Below, one piece after another: positions 1 to 9,277 of a stretch of DNA of 32,000 bases. The notes under the pieces were generated by a model. It had not been told where the DNA came from. It was given only the letters and a program-made list of their open reading frames with translations, and searched no databases. Position numbers and translations under genes: made by a program. The first letter of the stretch is position 1. Each line of letters starts with the position of its first letter. The stretch covers positions 60,001 through 92,000 of the forward strand of contig BAAFHK010000001.1 in assembly GCA_042852035.1 (NCBI GenBank). The letters are read 5' to 3'. The DNA comes from Candidatus Saccharimonadota bacterium. Its GTDB lineage: Bacteria; Patescibacteriota; Gracilibacteria; BD1-5; UBA2023.

Positions 1-120
1 TCTCATGTCGTTGTCTTCCTTGTCTCAGATGTCTGATTTCCCACCATTCTTCAGGTGAGACCTTTTACCACAGGATCAGTGTGGTAAATAGTAAATTAGA
101 GATTTATTTTATTTTGTCAA

Positions 121-151
121 TATAAAAAAGATTCACGATTGGGTGAATCTT
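121..151 (-). terminator. Intrinsic terminator oriented for the minus strand
   Basis: Perfect 9-bp stem AAGATTCAC(128-136)/GTGAATCTT(143-151) with a 6-nt loop. Read on the minus strand, it is followed by a T-run. It lies downstream of minus-strand ORF 580-263. Confidence 0.6.
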
Positions 152-167
152 AGGTTTATACAAGTGA

Positions 168-189
168 AGGCCCGCGCAGTGGCGGGCCT
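168..189 (-). terminator. GC-rich hairpin at the 3' edge of GC-rich island 1
   Basis: 8-bp stem AGGCCCGC/GCGGGCCT around a 6-nt loop. The trailing U-tract is weak. Its composition is unlike the AT-flanked host terminators. Confidence 0.45.
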
Positions 190-262
190 CTTTACCATTC
201 CCTCGTTTCTCCTTTCATTCCTTACTTTCGTAGAAACTTAGGAGAATGGTTGTTGGAGGGGT

Positions 263-580
263 TCAGTGCAGCCGGAGTTTCTTCCGCTTGCTCTTGGCGG
301 CTTCGATGAGGTCATGCGCCGACTGGAAGGGTGACTTTTCGCCGTGGCGACGCTTCACACCGTGTTCTTCCAGCAGGCGCTCTTCCTCTTGCTTGAAGGC
401 AAGAATCGTCGGGGACAACTTCGTCCCCGAGGCGTGATTCTTGTCCAGTTCATAAGCCGTTGCCAAGAGCTTGGTCCAGCGGTCCTTCTTCTGGGCCGAA
501 CGCTTCTGCCGGGCATGCCAGCTTTGGCGCATCCGGTCACCACGGGACCTGTCATTTTCGTGAGTTTGCAGTTGTTGCAT
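263..580 (-). CDS. Hypothetical basic 105-aa protein on GC-rich island 1 (standard-code ORF ending in TGA)
   Basis: Uninterrupted ATG..TGA ORF (MQQLQTHENDRSRGDRMRQSWHARQKR...). A strong Shine-Dalgarno GAGGAGGGG (complement of 583-591) lies just upstream of the ATG. Codon third positions are G/C-biased. The other overlapping ORFs in the island look like GC-rich artefacts. No family recognised. Confidence 0.6.
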   Translation of the reverse strand: MQQLQTHENDRSRGDRMRQSWHARQKRSAQKKDRWTKLLATAYELDKNHASGTKLSPTILAFKQEEERLLEEHGVKRRHGEKSPFQSAHDLIEAAKSKRKKLRLH

Positions 581-656
581 TTCCCCTCCTCAAGGGAATA
601 GGTCAAATAATGAACTGGCGCCCCACGGCACCATCATCCTATTAAATGACACCTGT

Positions 657-707
657 AGTCTATCGCTTCTCTAGTTTCTTGTCAAACAAATTTTCTCATT
701 TTATATA
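657..707. promoter_or_regulatory. Divergent promoter pair sharing a palindromic -35 (TTGTCAA/TTGACAA)
   Basis: Plus strand: TTGTCA(679-684)-N17-TATATA(702-707), pointing toward sodB. Minus strand: TTGACA(685-680)-N17-TAGACT(662-657), pointing toward ORF 580-263. Confidence 0.5.
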
Positions 708-781
708 TGAAAATGATTCTCACTCTTTCATTTTACTCGGTTCTTTTTTTAGATATAATACGTCTATATTAAATTTTTACT

Positions 782-1369
782 ATGTCATTTATTCTTCCTT
801 CTCTCCCATACGCTCTTGATGCACTCGAGCCTCATATCTCAAAAGAAACTCTTGAATATCACTATGGGAAACACCATCAGACCTACGTTGATAATCTGAA
901 TCGTCTCCTTCCAGGAAGCGAATACGAAGGGAAAACTCTTGAGGAAATTATAAAGAATGCCCCTGCTTGAGGAATATTTAATAATGCAGCCCAAATCTGG
1001 AACCATACATTTTATTTTGAATCCCTCACGCCTGCTGGGCACCATATTCCTTCGAAATCACTCTATGATGCGATTAATCTGAGGTGGGAATCTCTTGATA
1101 ATTTCATTGCAGAATTCAACAAGGCAGCTCTCGCAAATTTTGGATCAGGCTGGACCTGGCTTGTTACAAAAAAAGATGGAACACTCGAGATTGTATCCAC
1201 GAAAAATGCAGATACTCCTCTTACTACCTCTGAGATTCCACTCCTTACTTGTGATGTCTGGGAGCATGCATACTATATTGATTACCGAAATGCTCGAGCG
1301 AAGTATGTAGAAAATTTCTGGAAGGTAGTCGATTGGCATCGAGTGAGTGATCGTTATGATAAAAGATAA
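782..1369 (+). CDS. sodB: Fe superoxide dismutase (195 aa)
   Basis: [36 protein letters not shown]..., then TGA(968-970) read as Gly in ..[19 protein letters not shown].., then ..[18 protein letters not shown]... Near-colinear with E. coli SodB as I remember it. TAA at 1367-1369. Confidence 0.95.
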
Positions 1370-1373
1370 AAAT

Positions 1374-1401
1374 AAAAAATCCCGCACCTGCGGGATTTTT
1401 T
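1374..1401. terminator. Bidirectional intrinsic terminator between sodB and the GT4 gene
   Basis: AAAAAATCCCGC-ACCT-GCGGGATTTTTT: a GC stem flanked by an A-run and a T-run. Confidence 0.8.
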
Positions 1402-2524
1402 ATTTTTTCTTCACGATTGAGAGAATCTTTGTCATAAAGAGAGTGATGATTGCGATAAAAATAAAGAGAATTATTTTTCCTTTTGTATCAAGGAAAATAG
1501 CTGCGATTCAAAAGCTTGCTGCGAGAATGTATATGATATTGCGAATATTTGCATGAGTGAATCCAAGTTCAAGGAGACGAAAATGGAGGTGATGAGTCTG
1601 ATCTCATTTCATCGGATTTTTCCCTTGCATAATACGAACCCCGACTACATATATAAGATCAATAAGATAAATCCCAATCACTGACATTGCAGTAGCAATC
1701 TTCCCTCATGCTACGATCGCAAGAGTTGCAATAAAGAATGCGAGGAGTATTGTTCCAGAATCTCCCATAATCCCACTCCGATGAATATCATGATAGGTTA
1801 CAAGAGCTGTTATGGGCAAAAGAATCATCACGAAAATAAGGATGAATTGACTGTTTTCAACTGCAGCTTCTGTAGTATCTGTGAGTGAGAGTTTAAGAGC
1901 GAGAAATCAAAGAATTACGAAGCTAATAAGAGAGAATCATCATGTTAGCCCAGGGATTCCATCAGAAAAATTTATGCTATTAAATACTAGAACGTACCAA
2001 AAAATTGTTATAATAAGAGGAATATAGTAGATGGTAAAAAGCTTTCCAAAAATCTCAAACTCAAAGAAAAATTCATCGAGCCTAAGAATTCCGCCAAAAA
2101 GATTTGAAATATAATTGATTTTTATACTTGTGATCCCGATAATAAGACCAACACCAATTTGCATGAAAAGTCGAAAAATTGGAGGAACAGATATTCGACT
2201 TTTCCCAATGGTATCAAGATCGTCGAGGGCGCTAATAATTCAAATAATCGCAGAAAGTGAAAGTACAATATAGAGTTTTTTCTCAAGTGCAGGTGAAATC
2301 TCGAAGAGATAGGGAATTATGGGGGCTACTATGAGAAGCGTTGAAACAATAGCAATTCATATACCATATGGAACTGGCTTTCTTCAAGCCTCTGTTTTAT
2401 AGAGATGGGGACGATCAAGGATTCCAAATTTCTTCGCGAATCTCAAAACAAGTTTTAGTACAAAAAATCCCACCAAATATGAAAAGAGGGCAAGAATGAT
2501 GAGATTGGTGAAAATAGATAGCAT
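1400..2524 (-). CDS. Glycosyltransferase family 4, WecA/TagO/MraY-like polyprenyl-phosphate HexNAc-1-P transferase (374 aa)
   Basis: Table-25 translation verified codon by codon. Motifs seen: NSINFSDGIPGLT, IMGDSGT, PMKGDQTHHLHFRLLELG. Multiple TM segments and about 10 in-frame TGA codons. Confidence 0.88.
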
Positions 2525-2530
2525 ATCGTT

Positions 2531-3223
2531 CTAGGAAATTTCTCATTTTTGGAGTCGTTTCTTTGTTTCTTTTTCGAGAATTTCTTTCTCCTTTTCTTTC
2601 ATGTAATTCTTTAGAGAATCCCTTCGAAAAAAATAAAGATAGGCTCAAATGCCGATAAAGATTGCCATCATAATCATTCCGAGATTATCGAGAATAGTTT
2701 CATAATTATCGATGAAATATATTCCAAGGAGATTGATAGATATGGCCCATATAATAGATCATACCATATTATAGAGCCAGAATTTGCTCTCTTGCATTCC
2801 ACTTGATCCAGCAATAAATGGTATAAATGCTCGGGTGAAATTATGAAATTTCCCAAGGACAATATACCAAAATCCGTTTTGCTCGAGTTGTTTATGAAGG
2901 ATGGCCGCTTCCGTCTTTCCGAGACCAAACCAGTCACCATACTTCTCGATGAGCTCACTTCCATACCATTTTCCAATCCAATATCCTAAATAGTTTCCAA
3001 TCATAGCCCCAAATGAGGCAAGTGCTATTGTAAAAACGCTATGGTGAACTCCCCAGAATCCTCCGACTAAAATCATAATATTCATCCCAGGAAGGGCTGT
3101 TCCGATGATCGGAAGAGATTCGATACAGGCAGAGCTAAATGCAATCAAATAGTTCCAATTTCAAAGCGTTTTAATAAGCTCCCTAATCCAGGCAACCCCA
3201 TCTTTTATCCATTCAGGTCTCAT
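2531..3223 (-). CDS. DedA/SNARE-associated family membrane protein (230 aa)
   Basis: ..CIESLPIIGTALPGMNIMILVGGFWG..IGNYLGYWIGKWYG..FHNFTRAFIPFIAGSSGM... Continues through TGA 2759-2761 to TAG 2531-2533. The frame stays open upstream and encodes a TM-like stretch, so a GTG start at 3328 is possible. Confidence 0.85.
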
Positions 3224-3361
3224 GAGAGATATGAGGATAAGGGCAAATGTTGCAATCGTGAAAAAAATCGCAAGTGTTTTTGCGAAGATTTTGAGAATAT
3301 ATTTGAGTGCCTGTTTCACGAGAAGCACAATATCAAAAATGGACGTATTTGCAAGAGGGAA

Positions 3362-3772
3362 TTACTCTAATTCTCGTCGCATGCGTAGTACAAGATGGGA
3401 AAGGAGCTCTACTCCTTTTCTTGATTGAAATCATATTGCGTATTCAACCATTTTCTTACGTTCTCAATACCATCATTCTCATTTGAGAAGAAGTCATTTT
3501 TCAAGAAGTCATGTAGTAATTTCTAGAAGGCGAACAAAATCATTTTGCCATCTTTCAGACCGTTCGTTTACTGTCTCCATGAGTTCCTGATAGCTCGAAG
3601 GGATTCTATCGAAAAGTTCATGAACGGTATCCGATACCCTTTGAGGAATTCACAAAAGAAGTGATCGAAGACTTTTTGGATCTGGGGTTTGCTGTGATGG
3701 AGTATTCTCTCTGCTACTCGGAGTGAGAGTATCTCAATGTGATAAAGATGATGACCCTAAATGTATTGACAT
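3362..3772 (-). CDS. Hypothetical protein (136 aa), visible only with TGA=Gly
   Basis: An ATG..TAA frame of 137 codons with no TAA/TAG and 8 in-frame TGA, checked line by line. No family recognised. Replaces the standard-code plus ORF 3222-3428. Confidence 0.45.
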
Positions 3773-3794
3773 ATGTATAAGTATATAAAATAAT
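3766..3794 (+). promoter_or_regulatory. Sigma70-type promoter for the MgtC-family gene
   Basis: TTGACA(3766-3771), then 17 nt, then AATAAT(3789-3794). Confidence 0.5.
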
Positions 3795-3855
3795 CATTTT
3801 TTTCAACATTTTCTTTAAATTGCATTTCTCGTCGTATTCTGCTAGACTGAATTCT

Positions 3856-4539
3856 ATGTGGACAGAAGTTGTATCAGAACATGATGTTATTATTCGAATT
3901 GCGCTTGCTATGGTATTGGCGCTTGCTCTCGGTATCGAACGGGAGTTTAAGCAGCAGCCAGCAGGAATCCGTACTCATATTCTTATATCGGTCGGATCTT
4001 GCTTGCTTATGTTACTCTCTATCATTGTGCCTCATATATATCATTCGACGAATAATGATCCTGCTCGAATTGCGGCACAAATTGTCTCAGGAATAGGATT
4101 TCTTGGGGCAGGTGCCATCATGAGAAATGGCTTAACAACAAAAGGTCTTACAACTGCTGCCAATGTCTGGGTCACTGCTGCGATAGGCATGGCGGTTGGC
4201 GCTTGACTCTATTTTATTGCGATTATTTCAACCGGAGTTATTCTTGCAAATCTTATCTTTTTTGGACGTGCGAAAGGTTGGTTTTTTCCACAGAACCGAT
4301 ACTGCAACATCCAGATAACTACGGAAAAAAAGGGTCCAACACCAGGAGAAATCCATGAGTCGATAAAATGACTTCCTGTTGAGATTGTATCCTATTCTCT
4401 CAAAGAAAATAAAAAAAGTCATGAACTCGATTTAATAGTAAGACTTGAAAGGAGTATTACAATTTTCTCCCTTGAGAAGGATATCAAAAAAATTCCTGAT
4501 ATTGAAACACTCCATATTAGTGAAAATATTCGGGTATAA
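3856..4539 (+). CDS. MgtC/SapB family membrane protein (227 aa)
   Basis: ..IIRIALAMVLALALGIEREFKQQPAGIRTHILISVGSCLLM..AAQIVSGIGFLGAGAIM..AANVWVTAAIGMAVG... Continues through TGA 4204-4206 into a C-terminal soluble domain. TAA at 4537-4539. An in-frame TTG at 3820 is an alternative start. Confidence 0.88.
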
Positions 4540-4547
4540 AAAATTTT

Positions 4548-4702
4548 TTGACATATTTCTCTATTTCTATACATTCAGATATATGAAGGCAGTTTCATCT
4601 TCACTTCTCGTGCTCATTCTTCTTCCATTATTGGGAGGTATTTGAGCATAAGAATATAAACGCTTCGAATCCCTCCCGTAAAACGGAGGGTTTTATTTTT
4701 TT
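4548..4702 (+). promoter_or_regulatory. Leu-rich leader peptide plus transcription attenuator upstream of the leuA-like gene
   Basis: Promoter TTGACA at 4548-4553. A 22-codon ORF at 4583-4651 encodes MKAVSSSLLVLILLPLLGGI-G(TGA)-A* with 7 Leu codons. Segments 1 to 4 are CTTCC(4622-4626), GGGAGG(4633-4638), CCCTCC(C)(4671-4677) and GGAGGG(4685-4690), followed by T-tract 4691-4702. Pairings 1:2, 2:3 and 3:4 are mutually exclusive. Confidence 0.55.
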
Positions 4703-4715
4703 ACTTTTTATACCT

Positions 4716-6089
4716 ATGAATTCTATGACCCCAGGACAGCAGGCAACTTTTCGTGAAGTAACATCATGGATGAGGACTCCACCATCACATATCATGGGTG
4801 ATGTTACGGCACGTGATGGGATACAGGCTATCCCATGGTATCATGTTCCAACCAAGGAAAATCGTGCACAATGGGCGAAATCAATGCTTAAATTTGGGTT
4901 TCCACATATTGAGATTGGTTTTCCTGTTCTTGACTGAGATCCTGAGACATTAGCTGTAAGACATGTTGTTGAACAGACCCGAGATCTTGCTGGATGAATC
5001 TTTGTGCTAGCAAGACTCAATGAAGCCGATATTGAACAATGTGCAAAGGTTCTCGAAGGCGCTAAGCATTGAGGAATTCATACATTTATCGGGACTTCAC
5101 CCGAGCATCGAGAAGCTCTTGGTATGAATCAAGATCAGATAGTTCAAGCAGTATGAGATAGAGTTGAGCAAATACGAAAACTTTGATTTATGGCACAATT
5201 TTCTGCAGAAGATGCTACAAGAACAGAAAATGATTTTCTTTCACGGGTGTATAAGGCGGCAAGTGATTCAGGTGCTCAAATATTAAATGTCCCTGATACG
5301 GTTTGATATGCAGATTGGGATGATTTCAAGGGTAAGCTTGAAGTAGTAAAAGATGTTGCTTGAAATTCGATAATTTCTGTACATTCACATAATGATATGA
5401 GTTTTGGCGAAGCAAATCCTGCGATGGCCATTAAGCATGGTCTTACACAAAAAGTTGAAGGAACAATATTTGGGATCTGAGAAAGAACCGGAAATACGGA
5501 TCTTACATCACTTATTATTACCCTCTCTACACATCCTGAGTATAGAAAATATGTTACGAACCTCATAAAAGATAAACGACATCTCGCAAGAATTATAGAG
5601 CTTGTAGAGGCTGCAACAGGTTATACCTCACGGCCAGTCCAACCATGATATGGGTTTGATGCCTTAGTAAATAGATCTTGAGTTCATCAGGCGAAAGTGG
5701 CAAAAATGAAACAGGCATACCTTTGGGCTGATCCAGAACAATTTTGACTTCGAGATAGGAGTACTATAGATGTTTGACCACTTTCTGGAAAAGCTTGAGT
5801 TGAGTCTCTACTTCAAGAACTTAAAATCCAATATAACCCGGATGACTTAATAAAACTTACTTCCCTTATAAGAGCAATCTTCTCTCCCGATACGAATATT
5901 CATGATATTGAAGTAATGTTTCCTGAAATTCCTGAAGTCAAGATCAATAGGCTTTCAAATGAAGTTCAAGCCATAAGAAGAGAAGCAAGAATGCTTATAC
6001 CTACGATCAGATATCAGAAACAGTGGAAACAAAGAACGCACGCTATTGTAAAAGATGCAGTTCGATATTTTTATGGAGAAAAAGAGTAG
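4716..6089 (+). CDS. leuA: 2-isopropylmalate synthase / homocitrate synthase family (HMGL-like) enzyme (457 aa)
   Basis: [30 protein letters not shown], and GI-G(TGA 5478-5480)-ERTGN. 13 in-frame TGA codons, all checked. TAG at 6087-6089. Assignment to leuA rather than a paralogous function rests only on the Leu leader. Confidence 0.85.
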
Positions 6090-6424
6090 GAAACTCGGAG
6101 AGTATATTATTTTCCAGCAGCTATTTTTACAAGATATATTTCTCAAATAGTGATGACTCCCGTTATTCCTAACATATTTGCAAGAGGGGTATATCATTGG
6201 AGATAAAGTATTGCATCAACAGCTAAGGCAATTCCAGCTACTTTTTCGATTGAAAGTTTTCAAGATAGAAATGGAATTATATCTCTCAGTTTTTTAAGAG
6301 TTTCAACTTTTACAAGTTGGGGAGAGATTTTTATGTCTTCCTGGGTTAAAGAATTCATGGAGGAAAAATTTAGAGAAATTCGTGAACCTGAACATCTCAC
6401 TCATTTTTTCATTCCCAAATTGTA

Positions 6425-6910
6425 CTAGTATTCTTGAGGGGAGAATGAATTTTTTACGTTTATCCTTTTCATGTATGAAGATGCCAAAAATCATCCTATG
6501 AGTCCACCAAGTATTCCAAAAATAAAATTCAGGGTGAATCATCCATTTCTACTCATAGGCAAGTTATCTCGAGCTCAATCCTTATCAATGATAAGCTTAT
6601 CTTGCCCATATTCCTTGAGTACAAGCACAGGTTCACCTTGGTTATTAACCATACGCAGAAGAGCTGTTGCTAGACCATTTTGATCGTTGAGAACGATACC
6701 TGGAACCCCATCTCCATAAAGTCCTATAGAGATTCGAGGAGTTCATTTTGTATCATAGAAAAAGAGGGCTGGAGATCCCTCACCTGATTTTGTGAGTTGG
6801 GCAGTTGTGTGGCCATGTCCATCTGTAAGGATAAAGTTGTCTGACTCGACCGTCTGAGCAAAAATCCCAAATGGAAAAGTAAGGAGAAGGAAAAGAAAGA
6901 ATGTTTTCAT
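6425..6910 (-). CDS. Hypothetical secreted/membrane-anchored protein (161 aa)
   Basis: N-terminal signal peptide MKTFFLFLLLTFPFGIFAQ and a C-terminal TM segment FIFGILGGLIGGFLA. 4 in-frame TGA. Verified line by line. Confidence 0.65.
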
Positions 6911-6969
6911 AAAAAATATTTTATGAATTTTCTTTCCATGATAAAAAAATATGGATTGACATATTAATT

Positions 6970-8607
6970 CTATAATTCCATATCTTTTTCCTCTAGATGA
7001 GCAATAACTTTCGTAAGCTCAGTAACCATAGATTTAAATATTTCTTGCCCTGTCGATTTGAGAGCAATTTGTGGGAGAAATCTCTGATTTAACAGAGAAT
7101 CGCGAACTTCCTCGATTTTTCGTATCAAGTTTTTTCTTTCGTGTTCGAGCATTCCATCTCATCGGACTTTTATGCGATATTCCGCCTCTTTCATCATGAC
7201 TTCATAGCGGATTTTTTTAAGCTCAAGTATAAGTGAGAGTATGTGTCGAACTCCGAGTTTTCCTATAGCCCCTTTTCTTTGGGAGCGATGTTGTTTCATG
7301 CTCTTGGTGAAGCTCTCTATGACTCCCTTTATTCTATGAAATGGTGCACCAATTTCAGGGATTTTTCAGAGTTCTTCATGGTATCTTTCAATGATTCGTA
7401 TAAATTCTTTTAGGCGATGTGTTTGCTCTCCTTTGAGATTTTCAGTTTCGTCTACTTTATTTGGATCAAACCCATCAAGTAGGGCATTAAGTTCAGGAAT
7501 TTCTCGAATTACCTCTTCATAAAAGCGTTCGAAAGCACTGCGTGCTTGTCTTTCAGAATCCCTGATCCACTCTGCCTGCCCTAGGATTCCATTTCTTTTT
7601 CCAATTTTTTCTTCTATAGCTCGAATCATATCATTACAGGCTCAAATGAGTCGAAGCTTATCTTGTTCAGGATGTTGGAATCGTATCTTTTGTATTCTGT
7701 CTTCTCTTGCTCTTCGTTCGTGGTATCAGGTTTTGCCTTTGAGTTCTTTTTCAAGAACAGCAAGATCCTGTCTCTTTTTATCATCGTCATAATCTTTTCT
7801 TTGCCATCGCAAGATGATTGCTGGTATATCGTCATCGCGAATTCTTTTGAGATTTTTGAGCTTTCTCTCAAGACCGACTTTAGCATGACGCTGACTTCTC
7901 AAGAGGCTATAGTGGTCTTTATAAAATTTCGGAATAATTCTTCGCCTCATACTTCGTCGTTTTTTCTCACGATCACTTTCGATTTCATTTATTTCTTGAA
8001 AGACTATATATCCACCAAAATGTGGATTTTTTTCGTCACTCACACGAGCAATGCGACCTGTTGTACTTTTTCATCAAAGCTTGAGCGGAGCAAGTGCTTT
8101 AAGAAGATTTTTAATATTGGGAATGAGTTGGATTTTTTTCGAAATTTTTTGAGAAGTTGGAAGTCAGTCTTTCTCTTCCTCACTCATGAGTCCGAGACTG
8201 ACAAGAAAATCATCAGAGAGGTATTCAGGCTGAATTACAATCGCTTCGATAAAATCTTCATATGAAGTTTGAGTTTCAATTTTTTGCTTCGGGATTCTAT
8301 AGTCTTTTGGAAGAGAGAAGGCTCTGAGAGCAAAGAAGGGGATCGCATGGCGGAGTTCGCGAGCCATATATTCTTCTCTTCGTGCATCATCAATAGGTCG
8401 GATATCTTTGGTAATCCCTGCCTGTTCTCGCAAGTCTCTCTGTGCATCGAGAGATCGAGTAATCTCACGTACGGTAGGTTCAAGTTCAGTAAGTCTTGCC
8501 ACTTCTTTTATTGCCCATGCCTTTAATCGAGCATTTCATTGCTCTATCTTGTCTTGCAATTCTGGAAGGGTCTCGAATCCGACGAGTATGGAAGCATCTC
8601 ATTTCAT
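6970..8607 (-). CDS. Large charged, predicted coiled-coil hypothetical protein (545 aa)
   Basis: Four standard-code fragments (6970-7152, 7366-7629, 7726-8043, 8164-8502) share one frame. All gaps were checked: 9 TGA and no TAA/TAG. Very rich in K/R/E. No family recognised. Confidence 0.75.
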
Positions 8608-8729
8608 AAGAATATACTACTATTTTTTTTATATTGTAAAGGTAATTATTGACGAAATATATATTTGTAGGGTATATATTGAAATGAATTGACAGATTTA
8701 TTTTAAAATTTAAAATCCATGTGTTTTTT

Positions 8730-9194
8730 ATGGAAAATGTACAAAAGAGGAATCTCTCAAACCCATACAATACGTTCAGCACTATTTGTGAAACCTTCTC
8801 TCGTAGAGAAGGTATAGAAAGGAGATATTGATCTCTTCTTTTTCCCAGCCGATATGCGCCAGATATCTCTGGACTCGCACAGATTATAGCAAGAGGTCTG
8901 GATGGAAGATCGGGACCAGTAAGTATCGAGTTAACAACAATCTCAAGCAAAGTACAGAGGCGAATTGATGAGGTAGTGACTCAAATGTTAAGCTCAAAAA
9001 GAAGAATAAATCTCGCAACGAGAGATGGTGTAGATCAATGGAACGCTAAACACTGAATTTTTTATCCGAACTCTCTCTGAGAGCTTGAATATGTTCTTGC
9101 AATGAACGAAGGGGTTATGGTTCACTGAAGTATTCCTGATGTGATTTTTATTTCAGATGCTCTTTCTGAAAAGTATGAATGATTCCCAAAGTAA
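8730..9194 (+). CDS. Hypothetical protein (154 aa)
   Basis: MENVQKRNLSNPYNTF...GRSGPVSIELTT...WNAKH-G-IFYPNSL... 5 in-frame TGA, verified line by line. Tandem TTGACG/TTGACA promoters lie upstream at about 8662-8716. Confidence 0.65.
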
Positions 9195-9210
9195 AAAAGA
9201 GGAAATATTA

Positions 9211-9238
9211 TTGACATAGTTTATATAATATATATTAT
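9211..9238 (+). promoter_or_regulatory. Host-type promoter immediately upstream of GC-rich island 2
   Basis: TTGACA(9211-9216), then 16 nt, then TATTAT(9233-9238), in AT-rich sequence. The only downstream plus-strand ORF is 9278-9886. Confidence 0.5.
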
Positions 9239-9277
9239 ATACTTCACTTATCCAGGACTTGCACACGTCGTGCGAGA

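Noticed and set aside
1-100. A gene at the left window edge (plus frame ending TAA 85-87, or a minus-strand ATG at 47-45)
   Set aside because: All frames are open over so short a stretch, and neither option can be supported. A minus-strand TTGACA at 120-115 slightly favours a leftward gene.
160-660. GC-rich islands as structured RNA genes (the usual reason for GC peaks in AT-rich genomes)
   Set aside because: I recognised no rRNA, RNase P or tmRNA signature. Each island has one frame with codon-position GC periodicity plus translation and termination signals. An RNA function is not formally excluded.
3222-3428. 68-aa plus-strand ORF
   Set aside because: It overlaps the DedA 5' extension and the 3362-3772 table-25 gene on the opposite strand, and it has no supporting signals.
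4664-4677. TTCGAATCC, a possible tRNA T-loop
   Set aside because: There are no complementary T-stem arms, acceptor stem or anticodon arm around it. The sequence is the 5' arm of the leader terminator.
7663-8265. 200-aa plus-strand ORF
   Set aside because: It is antisense to the verified 545-aa minus-strand gene, and its sequence is Phe/Ser/Ile-rich and not protein-like.
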